A DNA stretch of 33,303 nt from the NCBI GenBank assembly GCA_903869875.1, contig CAIQAW010000020.1:1-33303 (forward strand), in the 5' to 3' direction. Made by a program: the position numbers and the translations under genes. The notes under the pieces are model-generated. The model saw only the letters and a list, made by a program, of their open reading frames with translations, ran no database searches and was not told the origin of the DNA. The DNA comes from Candidatus Nomurabacteria bacterium (GTDB lineage Bacteria > Patescibacteriota > Minisyncoccia > Phycocordibacterales > UBA9973). Shown one piece after another: positions 15,129 to 22,447 of the stretch; position 1 is the first letter of the stretch, and each line of letters opens with the position of its first letter.

Positions 15129-16214
15129 TTAATTTGCTGATTTTTCTAGGAAGTCGAAAACTTTTTGGTTTGTCAGTGTTGTTGTTATGTACATGGTTGC
15201 ACTGGTGCGGTCTGCGTCGGGGTAGGCTTCCATTATTTTTTGGATTTCTTTTTCTGTTTCTTCGTCAGAGGGTTTAAGGTTTTCAGACAAAGCTAGTTTT
15301 TCTACGATAAAGTTTAGCTTTGCACGTTTTATTGCGTCTGGTGTGTAATCAGTGCGTAGTTCAGCTTCTGTTTTTTTCAGGTGTACTAGGTAGTCGTCGA
15401 ACTGCATACCCATCATTTGTATATCGTGTTTCATTCTAGCTACCATTTGGTCTAGTTCAGTGTCAATTATAGACTGTGGTATATCGATAGTTGTTTCTTC
15501 GATAACTTTTTCAACTATAGCTAAACGCTTCTTCTCAGAATGTTTTTGTTCTTTTTCTTTGGCTAGGTTTTCGCGAACTTTTGCACGCATTTTTTCTAAG
15601 TCTTCGAAACCGAAACTACCCGCAAATGCTTCGTTAACTTCAGGGTAGTCTTTTTCATCTATCGGTGCATGGTTGTGGTCGTGTTCGTCATGGCCACCTT
15701 CTTTGTGCATTTCCTGGTGGGCGCGCATGTGTTGTAGTTCTTTGAATGCTTGTGTAACTTCTTCGTCGGTAGCTGCAAAGCCTTCATCTGGTTCTGTAAC
15801 TTCTTTTACAACTGATTTAGAAATCTTTTTGTAGTCAGGCAGTGTAAATTCTGGGTATACCGCAGTTTTGATAGTGCATTCTACGTCGTTATCTACAGCT
15901 AGTTTTGTAAATATAACTTCTGGTCGGCCAAGGGCGTCGATGTTGTTGTCTTTTAGTATGGTAGGGTAAATATCATTTAGGGCTTCTTCGGCCATCATTT
16001 CGTTTACAAGAGAAGCAGAAACGTTTTTCTCGATAGTTGCAATAGGTACATTACCTTTACGGAAACCATCGGCTTCGTAGTCTTTCTGAATAGACAACAT
16101 AACTGCGTCTTTATAACTAGCAACGTCAGCCCAAGCAAGTGTTACTTTGACTTCTACGTTACTGCCTGGTTGTTTTTCTACTGCTGTTTTTATGGGTTTT
16201 ATTTCTTTTGACAT
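15129..16214 (-). CDS. tig: Trigger factor, lacking the PPIase domain
   Basis: The N-terminal ribosome-binding signature GFRKGNVP is present. The C-terminal arm domain aligns with trigger factor. The position of the FKBP domain is taken by a short His-rich loop. The gene lies immediately upstream of clpP. Confidence 0.85.
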   Translation of the reverse strand: MSKEIKPIKTAVEKQPGSNVEVKVTLAWADVASYKDAVMLSIQKDYEADGFRKGNVPIATIEKNVSASLVNEMMAEEALNDIYPTILKDNNIDALGRPEVIFTKLAVDNDVECTIKTAVYPEFTLPDYKKISKSVVKEVTEPDEGFAATDEEVTQAFKELQHMRAHQEMHKEGGHDEHDHNHAPIDEKDYPEVNEAFAGSFGFEDLEKMRAKVRENLAKEKEQKHSEKKRLAIVEKVIEETTIDIPQSIIDTELDQMVARMKHDIQMMGMQFDDYLVHLKKTEAELRTDYTPDAIKRAKLNFIVEKLALSENLKPSDEETEKEIQKIMEAYPDADRTSATMYITTTLTNQKVFDFLEKSAN

Positions 16215-16249
16215 GGCAATAGTGTAGTAGAAAAAAGGCCTTTTGTCAA
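16215..16249 (-). promoter_or_regulatory. tig promoter TTGACA-17-TACACT with the -10 box 6 nt upstream of ATG; candidate leaderless mRNA
   Basis: The minus strand reads TTGACA (16244-16249), a 17 nt spacer, TACACT (16221-16226), attgcc, then ATG. Confidence 0.5.
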
Positions 16250-16251
16250 AA

Positions 16252-16282
16252 AACACCCTCCATTACTGGAAGGTGTTTTTTT
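16252..16282. terminator. Terminator hairpin
   Basis: The hairpin acaccctcc-attact-ggaaggtgt is followed by a T-run. Confidence 0.6.
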
Positions 16283-16287
16283 ATTCG

Positions 16288-16818
16288 TTAGTTCGAATCG
16301 ATAATGAATTCTTTTAATAGATTTAGAGATTCTTTAAGTTGCTTTTGGGCAGTTTCTAGTACGTTTTTGATGTCTTTTTTAACTACTGGTTTCTTTGTTG
16401 TGTCTACCAGTGTTAATGTAGTTGTAGTAACAACATCTGTTTTTGTGCTGTCTACCTTCAAGTCGCTTTTAATGTCAGCCTTTGTTTCTAGTTTAGGATG
16501 TAGTATTTTATCTGCATCTTGGAGTGACTTTTTAGCATCTAGGAGCTTCTTTTCTATTGCAATTGTGTCTTCGTCTGCTGCTTGGAGTTTATTTACGCCA
16601 TCGGCTATTTTTGTATACACTTTGGTCAATTGTTTGTATATAGCTTCGTATTGGTCGCGTTGTTCTTTGGCAGTAGGAGAGGCTGGTTTTTCAGCTTTAA
16701 CTACTTCTTTGGTGTCAGTTCCGGCCTTGTTGTCGGTAGTCTCGGCATGTGCAAGACCCCCGGCAAAAAGGGTGAGGAAGGCGATACCTATTAAGCATTT
16801 TTTAACTAATTCCTTCAT
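16288..16818 (-). CDS. Secreted hypothetical protein, coiled-coil and Lys/Thr-rich
   Basis: The signal peptide is MKELVKKCLIGIAFLTLFAGGLAHA. The antisense ORF 16304-16849 is judged a shadow ORF. Confidence 0.6.
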   Translation of the reverse strand: MKELVKKCLIGIAFLTLFAGGLAHAETTDNKAGTDTKEVVKAEKPASPTAKEQRDQYEAIYKQLTKVYTKIADGVNKLQAADEDTIAIEKKLLDAKKSLQDADKILHPKLETKADIKSDLKVDSTKTDVVTTTTLTLVDTTKKPVVKKDIKNVLETAQKQLKESLNLLKEFIIDSN

Positions 16819-16867
16819 TACGTACATGATGACGTACATACTAGCATAATATTACAGATTATCAATA

Positions 16868-16898
16868 TAAAAACCCTTTATTAAATAAAGGGTTTTTA
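16868..16898. terminator. Terminator downstream of ppa
   Basis: The hairpin is aaaaccctttat/ataaagggtttt. Confidence 0.7.
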
Positions 16899-16921
16899 TA
16901 GCTAGTTTTTACTTATTCAAA

Positions 16922-17515
16922 CTACTCTTCCGCTTGGAATTTAGGTAAATAGTCTGTGTTGTAACGGGTAGCACAGTCGTCTACAATTGCCACTGCTTCG
17001 GTTACACCATAGAAACCTAACACTTTACATAGGCCAGGTTTTTTAAGGTCTTTGTAGTGTTCGAAATAGTGCATGGTTTCTTCTTGCCAGTGTTCGCCCA
17101 ATTGTTCAAAGTGGGTTATATGGTCCATACGTTTGTCGTCTGACAATACGGCAATAATCTTGTCGTCGCGTTCGCCACTGTCTTCGAACTCCATTACGCC
17201 TATTATGCGAGCTTCTGCAAGTGAACCTGGTATAAGTGGTTCAGTTACGTTTGCTATAACTATGTCTAACATGTCGCCATCGTGGTCCCATGTTTGGGGT
17301 ATAGCACCGTAGGTAATAGGGTATGCAAGAGACGAATATCCAACGCGGTCTAGTTTCAAATGGCCTGTTTCAGTTATAAATTCGTACTTGTTTATAGTTG
17401 AAGGGTTTATTTCTATCAATGCGTTTACGTTTACTTTGTCGCTATTAGTGTATGGTGGCAATATGTGTAGCAGGTTCATCATGAACTTACTTGGTTTGTG
17501 GTCTATGTTGGCCAT
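16922..17515 (-). CDS. ppa: Inorganic pyrophosphatase, family I
   Basis: The motifs YGAIPQTW, DGDMLDIVI and ERDDKIIAV are typical of family I PPases. Confidence 0.9.
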   Translation of the reverse strand: MANIDHKPSKFMMNLLHILPPYTNSDKVNVNALIEINPSTINKYEFITETGHLKLDRVGYSSLAYPITYGAIPQTWDHDGDMLDIVIANVTEPLIPGSLAEARIIGVMEFEDSGERDDKIIAVLSDDKRMDHITHFEQLGEHWQEETMHYFEHYKDLKKPGLCKVLGFYGVTEAVAIVDDCATRYNTDYLPKFQAEE

Positions 17516-17532
17516 AAATAGTTAACAGTGGT

Positions 17533-17560
17533 CAGTGAACAGTTTACAGTGAGTTCAGTA
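17533..17560. repeat. Four tandem heptamers (nnCAGTG) in the nusA-ppa spacer
   Basis: The sequence reads aacagtg gtcagtg aacagtt tacagtg. Confidence 0.5.
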
Positions 17561-17584
17561 ACCTCTTAAATTAGATTAATAAAA

Positions 17585-18895
17585 TTATTCTTTTGTTTCT
17601 TCTTCGATAACTTTTTCAACTTCTTCTAAAACTTCAGTTACTGTATTTTCTTCAGGAATAGTTTTATCTTCTACAGATCGCGCTTCAGTCGACACTGCGC
17701 GATGCGATTCTGCAGAATCGTCAATTTCAGCGTCACTTTCATCTGCTTCAAGTTCGCCGAAAATATCGTCGCCACCTTGTATAACTTCACCTTTCTGACC
17801 CTTGATGTCTATGCGCCATCCAGTAAGTTTTGCAGCAAGACGTACGTTTTGTCCGCCTTTACCGATAGCTAGAGAAAGTTGGTCTTCTGCAACTTCAACT
17901 TTTGCTTGGTGCTCAGCTTCGTCTATTTGTATGTCTAATACTTTTGCAGGGGCTAATGCCTTGGCTACATATATAGATGGGTCTTCTGACCATTCGATAA
18001 CATCGATTTTTTCGCCATTGATTTCGTTTGTTACTGTTGTAACACGTACACCGCGTCCACCGACACATGCACCTGTTGGGTCTACGTGTGGGTCGTTCGA
18101 TGCAACTGCTATTTTAGTTCTGCTACCTGCTTCGCGGGCGATAGATTTTATTTCTACAACACCAGTTGCTATTTCAGGGGCTTCGATTTCAAACAAAGCT
18201 TTAACAAACATTGGGTGTGAACGTGACAAACGTAAGTTAACTCCACGCATGCCTTCCTCCACAGAAAACAAATATGCACTGATTCTGTCGCCGCGTTCGA
18301 AACGTTCGCCAGGAATTTGTTCTTCGCGAGGTATTATACCTTTGGCACGGTTGAAGTCTACATAAACTATTCCGTTTTCAAATTTTTCTACATGACCATG
18401 AACAATTTCACCTTCTTTACTTCCGTATTCGTCGATTATAGTACTGCGTTCTGCATCACGGATTTTCTGAATTATAACTTGCTTGGCAGTTTGTGCTGCA
18501 ATACGGCCAAAGTCAGCTTTGTCTTCAAGAGGAAAAATTACTTCGTCTTCTAGTTGCGCGTTTTCTTTGATACGACGTGCATCTTCTATCATTATGTGGT
18601 GTTCTTCGTTGTAACGAGAACGTTCGTCGCCTTCGGCAACAACTTCTGTTTCTTCGTCGCCTTCGGCAACCATACGAACAACAGATTCGTCAACAGTTAT
18701 TTTAACTTGGTAAAAACTAGTAGTACCGTCGTCTAAGTTAAACTTACAACGTACTATCTGGCCTTTCTTTCCATATTCTTTTTTATAGGCTGCAGCTAAC
18801 GAATGTTCGATAGCTTCTAGTATTTTGTCTTTTGGTATTTTCTTTTCTTGTTCCAATTGGTCCATCGCCAATTTCATTGTCTTTAAATCAAACAT
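17585..18895 (-). CDS. nusA: Transcription termination/antitermination factor NusA
   Basis: The protein has a NusA N-domain, an S1 domain and two KH domains (GKGGQNVRLA), followed by an acidic C-terminal tail. Confidence 0.95.
   Translation of the reverse strand: MFDLKTMKLAMDQLEQEKKIPKDKILEAIEHSLAAAYKKEYGKKGQIVRCKFNLDDGTTSFYQVKITVDESVVRMVAEGDEETEVVAEGDERSRYNEEHHIMIEDARRIKENAQLEDEVIFPLEDKADFGRIAAQTAKQVIIQKIRDAERSTIIDEYGSKEGEIVHGHVEKFENGIVYVDFNRAKGIIPREEQIPGERFERGDRISAYLFSVEEGMRGVNLRLSRSHPMFVKALFEIEAPEIATGVVEIKSIAREAGSRTKIAVASNDPHVDPTGACVGGRGVRVTTVTNEINGEKIDVIEWSEDPSIYVAKALAPAKVLDIQIDEAEHQAKVEVAEDQLSLAIGKGGQNVRLAAKLTGWRIDIKGQKGEVIQGGDDIFGELEADESDAEIDDSAESHRAVSTEARSVEDKTIPEENTVTEVLEEVEKVIEEETKE
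17677..17720. repeat. Palindromic double-hairpin element, in-frame in the nusA 3' tail
   Basis: The element is atcgcgc-N13-gcgcgat followed by the 16 bp perfect palindrome cgattctgcagaatcg. It has the same architecture as 7613-7656 and encodes DDSAESHRAVSTEARS. Confidence 0.75.
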
Positions 18896-19051
18896 ATATT
18901 TAATTCTTGCCCGAATTCATTTTAATGAAGGCGGGGTTTTATTTAATTTTTTAATAAAAATGCCTGGCACGGAGGTGACAGGTAATACATGGACTATATC
19001 ATACATTATATATGTATGCAAAACTTCAAATTTTATGCTATCTTACACTAT

Positions 19052-20860
19052 ATGACATCAACAGAAATTCGTAAAAAGTTTTTAGACTTTTTTGCTAAAC
19101 GTGGCCACGCTATTATACCGTCGGCTTCACTGGTACCCGAGAACGACCCTTCGGTACTTTTTAATACTGCCGGTATGCAACCACTGGTACCGTATTTGAT
19201 GGGTGCAAAACACCCTATGGGTACACGTATTGCTGATGTGCAAAAATGCGTACGTACAGGCGACCTAGACGACATTGGCGACAACAGACATTTTTCTTTT
19301 TTTGAAATGATGGGTAACTGGTCGTTGGGTGACTACTTTAAGGAAGACGCCATAAAATGGAGTTACGAATTTTTAACTAGTAAAGAAGAAGGTTTAGGCC
19401 TAGATGCTAATAGACTTGCAGTTACAATTTTCGAAGGTGACGAAAGTGCACCGTTAGACGAAGAGTCTAAAAATATATGGATGTCGTTAGGTATCCCAGA
19501 ACACCGCATATATGCACTACCAGCTGAAGACAACTTCTGGAGTCCTGGCGACAACGGCCCATGTGGTCCATGTTCTGAAATGTTCTACGACATGGAAGAA
19601 ATGTTTGTTGGCAAAGTTTTAAGTAAAGATGAATTTGTTGAACAAGTAAAAACTGAAAACTTTATTGAAATCTGGAACGATGTTTTCATGGAATTTGAAA
19701 AGAAGGACGGAAAGGTAGTAGGTAAACTAGCACAGAAAAACGTAGACACTGGTGCAGGTTTAGAACGTATAACAGCTGTAATGCAGGGTAAAAAAACTGC
19801 GTATGAGACAGATCTATTTAAAGACTTATTATACGAAATTAAAATTTCATGTCAGATTCGAGAAGATCGAATGCAAAGAATTATTGCTGACCACATAAGA
19901 ACTTCGATATTTCTGATGGCTGACGGTGTTTTACCTTCAAGTAATGGAAGAGGTTATATATTAAGACGTCTCTTAAGGCGCTCTATTAGATGTGGTCATG
20001 CAGTGCAAATGACACCTGATTATAAATCATTGGTTAATATTGTTGAAAATACTTATAAAGATATTTATTCAAATATTTCAGAAAACAAAGAAAAAATAGT
20101 TAGTGAATTGGAAAAAGAATATAATAAATTTATTAAAACATTATCCAATGGATTAAAAGAATTTGAAAAAGTTGTAGAAATTAAAGTTAAACATAATGGA
20201 ATTGTTGAATCTCAAGGAGCAAGTATGCTGTCTGAAGATGTTTTTAAATTAGTAACATCATTTGGTTTTCCTTTAGAATTAGTTAACGAGTTAGCAAAAG
20301 AAAAAAATATTTCATTTGATGAAGAAGAAGTAAATGCATTGTTATTAGAACATAAAGAGCTTTCTCAGTCTGCATCTGCAGGTATGTTCAAAGGCGGTCT
20401 AGCAAATACAAACGAACAAACTATAAAACTACACACCGCACACCATTTAGTTTTAGCAGCGTTACAAGAAGTGTTAGGCAAGTCTGTTAAACAAAAAGGT
20501 AGTAACATTACCGAAGAACGCATGCGCATAGACTTTGCCTTCGATAGAAAGGTAACAGACGAAGAAAAGAAAAAGGTAGAAGACTTGGTAAACGGTTGGG
20601 TTAATGCAGGTTTACCCGTTATTCGCCGTGAAATGCCAAAGGCTGAAGCCGAGGCACTGGGTGCAGAAATGGAGTTCGGTGCCAAGTACCCAGACGTAGT
20701 CAGTGTCTATACAATACAGGACCCGACCGATGCGTATGTGTCGAAAGAATTCTGTGGTGGGCCACACGTTACAAACACTGCTGACATAGGCCACGTAACA
20801 ATAGGTAAAGAAGAAGCTGTGGCACAAGGAGTGCGCCGCCTAAAGGCAACACTGGGCTAG
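19052..20860 (+). CDS. alaS: Alanine--tRNA ligase, short form lacking the C-Ala domain
   Basis: The motifs FNTAGMQ, WSPGDNGPCGPCSE, DTGAGLERI, the editing HTAHHL and CGGPHV are present. The ORF ends about 30 aa after CGGPHV. The start is set at MTSTEIRKKF. Confidence 0.9.
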   Translation: MTSTEIRKKFLDFFAKRGHAIIPSASLVPENDPSVLFNTAGMQPLVPYLMGAKHPMGTRIADVQKCVRTGDLDDIGDNRHFSFFEMMGNWSLGDYFKEDAIKWSYEFLTSKEEGLGLDANRLAVTIFEGDESAPLDEESKNIWMSLGIPEHRIYALPAEDNFWSPGDNGPCGPCSEMFYDMEEMFVGKVLSKDEFVEQVKTENFIEIWNDVFMEFEKKDGKVVGKLAQKNVDTGAGLERITAVMQGKKTAYETDLFKDLLYEIKISCQIREDRMQRIIADHIRTSIFLMADGVLPSSNGRGYILRRLLRRSIRCGHAVQMTPDYKSLVNIVENTYKDIYSNISENKEKIVSELEKEYNKFIKTLSNGLKEFEKVVEIKVKHNGIVESQGASMLSEDVFKLVTSFGFPLELVNELAKEKNISFDEEEVNALLLEHKELSQSASAGMFKGGLANTNEQTIKLHTAHHLVLAALQEVLGKSVKQKGSNITEERMRIDFAFDRKVTDEEKKKVEDLVNGWVNAGLPVIRREMPKAEAEALGAEMEFGAKYPDVVSVYTIQDPTDAYVSKEFCGGPHVTNTADIGHVTIGKEEAVAQGVRRLKATLG

Positions 20861-20881
20861 TGTTACACGGAACAAATATAA

Positions 20882-20914
20882 AAAACTTGGAAGTCGGAAT
20901 TCCAAGTTTTTTAT
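20882..20914 (+). terminator. alaS terminator
   Basis: The hairpin aacttggaa ... ttccaagtt is followed by a T-run. Confidence 0.7.
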
Positions 20915-20954
20915 TTGTTTACACCGTGCAATTTTCGTGTACTATATATGTATG

Positions 20955-21074
20955 ATCCCGTTAGAAGCCGCGGTCGCAGTTACGGGTATTTATTATGAAA
21001 AAATATATGAAAATAAATTATAAAATTAATCAAGTATATCGCGCTCTCCAGACCGCGACCTGCTTCTAAACGGG
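20955..21074 (+). promoter_or_regulatory. Structured tyrS 5' leader with conserved 32 nt 5' module and 24-codon uORF (20995-21069)
   Basis: The 5' segments cccgttagaagc (20957-20968) and cgcggtc (20969-20975) can pair with gaccgcg (21051-21057) and gcttctaaacggg (21062-21074). The latter abuts the tyrS ATG at 21075. The 5' module recurs at 33257-33288. Confidence 0.5.
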
Positions 21075-22310
21075 ATGACATTATATGAACAATTAGTGGC
21101 CCGCGGGCATGTGCAACAAGTTTCTAATGAAAGTGTTGCTAATTATATAAACGAACCCCGCACCATATACCTAGGCACAGACCCAACAGCAGATTCGTTG
21201 CACGTGGGGCACTTGGCTGTATTTATGTTACTTAAGCGCCTTAAACAGGCAGGCCATAATGTAGTTGTATTGTTAGGTGGTGCTACAGGTATGATAGGAG
21301 ACCCGTCTGGCAAAAGCGACGAACGCAACCTACTAACAACAGAACAAGTTGCACAAAATGCAATGGCTTTGAAAAAACAAATTACCACACTGTTTGGCGA
21401 CGGGCATTTTGACATGGTAAACAACTACGACTGGACACAACCCATGTCTACTGTAGAATTTTTGCGTGACGTTGGTAAATATTTTTCAGTACATACATTA
21501 CTGGGTCGCGAATCTATTAAAACTAGACTTGATTCAGAAAACTTTTTCTCTTATACAGAATTTTCATATAGCTTGTTACAAGCGTACGATTTCTGGTATT
21601 TGTTTAAAAACAAAAACTGTACAGTACAAGTTGGCGCCTCTGACCAATGGGGTAACATGGTAGCTGGTATAGAGCTAGTACATAAAAAGGAAGGTGCTGA
21701 TGTTTATGTTATAACAGCACCACTAGTTGTAGACCCAAAAACTGGTAAAAAGTTTGGTAAGTCTGAGGGTGGTGCAGTATGGTTAGACGCTACTAAAACC
21801 AGCCCATACATGTTCTACCAGTTTTGGCTTAATGCAACGGACGAAGGTGTAGAAAACTTTTTGAAAGTTTACACTGACTACAGTTTAGACGAAATACAAA
21901 ACATAGTTGCAGAACATATACAAAACCCAAGTGCACGTTCAGGGCAAAAGAAATTAGCAATGGCGGTAACAACAATGGTGCACGGTGCAGATAAAGCAAA
22001 TGCTGCCGCAGAAGTTTCAGGTGTATTGTTCGGTGACGCATTAAGTAATACAGTAAGCTCTGATGCAATAGAAATGATACAGTCAGAAGTGCCCGGTGCA
22101 GTTGGTAGTAGTAACGATGTAGTAGATGTACTGGTAGAACTAAACCTAGCTACATCTAAACGCGAAGCCCGTACGTTAATAGAACAAGGCTCTGTTTCAG
22201 TTGGCGGTACAAAAATTACCGACGGCGCAACATTAGACGGTTTAACTAATAACAATGGTTTGTATATAATCAAAAAGGGTAAAAGCTTTGCTTGGTATAA
22301 AATAGCATAG
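21075..22310 (+). CDS. tyrS: Tyrosine--tRNA ligase
   Basis: The HIGH motif (HVGH), the KMSKS-like motif KFGKS and a C-terminal S4 domain are present. Confidence 0.95.
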   Translation: MTLYEQLVARGHVQQVSNESVANYINEPRTIYLGTDPTADSLHVGHLAVFMLLKRLKQAGHNVVVLLGGATGMIGDPSGKSDERNLLTTEQVAQNAMALKKQITTLFGDGHFDMVNNYDWTQPMSTVEFLRDVGKYFSVHTLLGRESIKTRLDSENFFSYTEFSYSLLQAYDFWYLFKNKNCTVQVGASDQWGNMVAGIELVHKKEGADVYVITAPLVVDPKTGKKFGKSEGGAVWLDATKTSPYMFYQFWLNATDEGVENFLKVYTDYSLDEIQNIVAEHIQNPSARSGQKKLAMAVTTMVHGADKANAAAEVSGVLFGDALSNTVSSDAIEMIQSEVPGAVGSSNDVVDVLVELNLATSKREARTLIEQGSVSVGGTKITDGATLDGLTNNNGLYIIKKGKSFAWYKIA

Positions 22311-22314
22311 TACA

Positions 22315-22380
22315 TACCTCACCCCTAACCCCTCTCCTACATAGGAGAGGGGAAGAACACGAAGTGTTCGGGGTGAGGTA
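22315..22380 (+). other. GC-rich three-way-junction hairpin element (complex terminator or REP-like element)
   Basis: The 11 bp outer stem is tacctcacccc/ggggtgaggta. It encloses the hairpin cccctctcct-acat-aggagagggg and the hairpin gaacac-gaa-gtgttc. The sequence tttatt follows. Confidence 0.55.
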
Positions 22381-22432
22381 TTTATTATTTAAGAATATTC
22401 CACTAAAAAACTTTCCTCTATTTACTATACCC

Positions 22433-22447
22433 TGGTATACTGTATAC
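22433..22447 (+). promoter_or_regulatory. Extended -10 (TGgTATACT) 6 nt upstream of the pilB ATG; candidate leaderless mRNA
   Basis: The sequence is tgg-tatact-gtatac-ATG(22448). Confidence 0.45.

Noticed and set aside
16304-16849. 181 aa antisense ORF opposite the secreted coiled-coil protein; also antisense ORFs within nusA (17802-18365), pilB (22270-23064), pilC (24694-25269) and recJ (31429-32046)
   Set aside because: All lie opposite genes with strong homology signatures or a signal peptide. They are Ser/Cys/Phe-rich shadow frames typical of antisense reading.
18989-19051. Upstream in-frame ATG for alaS, preceded by GGAGG (18971-18975)
   Set aside because: It would add a hydrophobic 21 aa extension (MDYIIHYICMQNFKFYAILHY) that is not seen at AlaRS N-termini. 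The SD-to-ATG spacing is 13 nt, and other genes in the window do not use SD motifs. ATG 19052 begins the conserved TSTEIRKKFLDFF.
20978-20982. Possible specifier codons: the single difference between the two leader modules creates gtTACggg (Tyr codon, upstream of tyrS) versus gtAACggg (Asn codon) at 33282-33286
   Set aside because: This is tempting as a tRNA-sensing specifier. However, the variable base lies in the 3' strand of the local stem (cccgtta/taacggg), so the simpler explanation is a stem mismatch versus a perfect pair. The gene downstream of the second copy is not visible. It would be worth revisiting if that gene proves to be asnS.
20955-21074. Canonical T-box riboswitch upstream of tyrS
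   Set aside because: The leader is only about 120 nt. I cannot find the conserved T-box sequence (GGUGGNACCGCG-like with a UGGN bulge), a Stem I with K-turn, or distal loops. Only a loose resemblance (cagaccgcg) is present.
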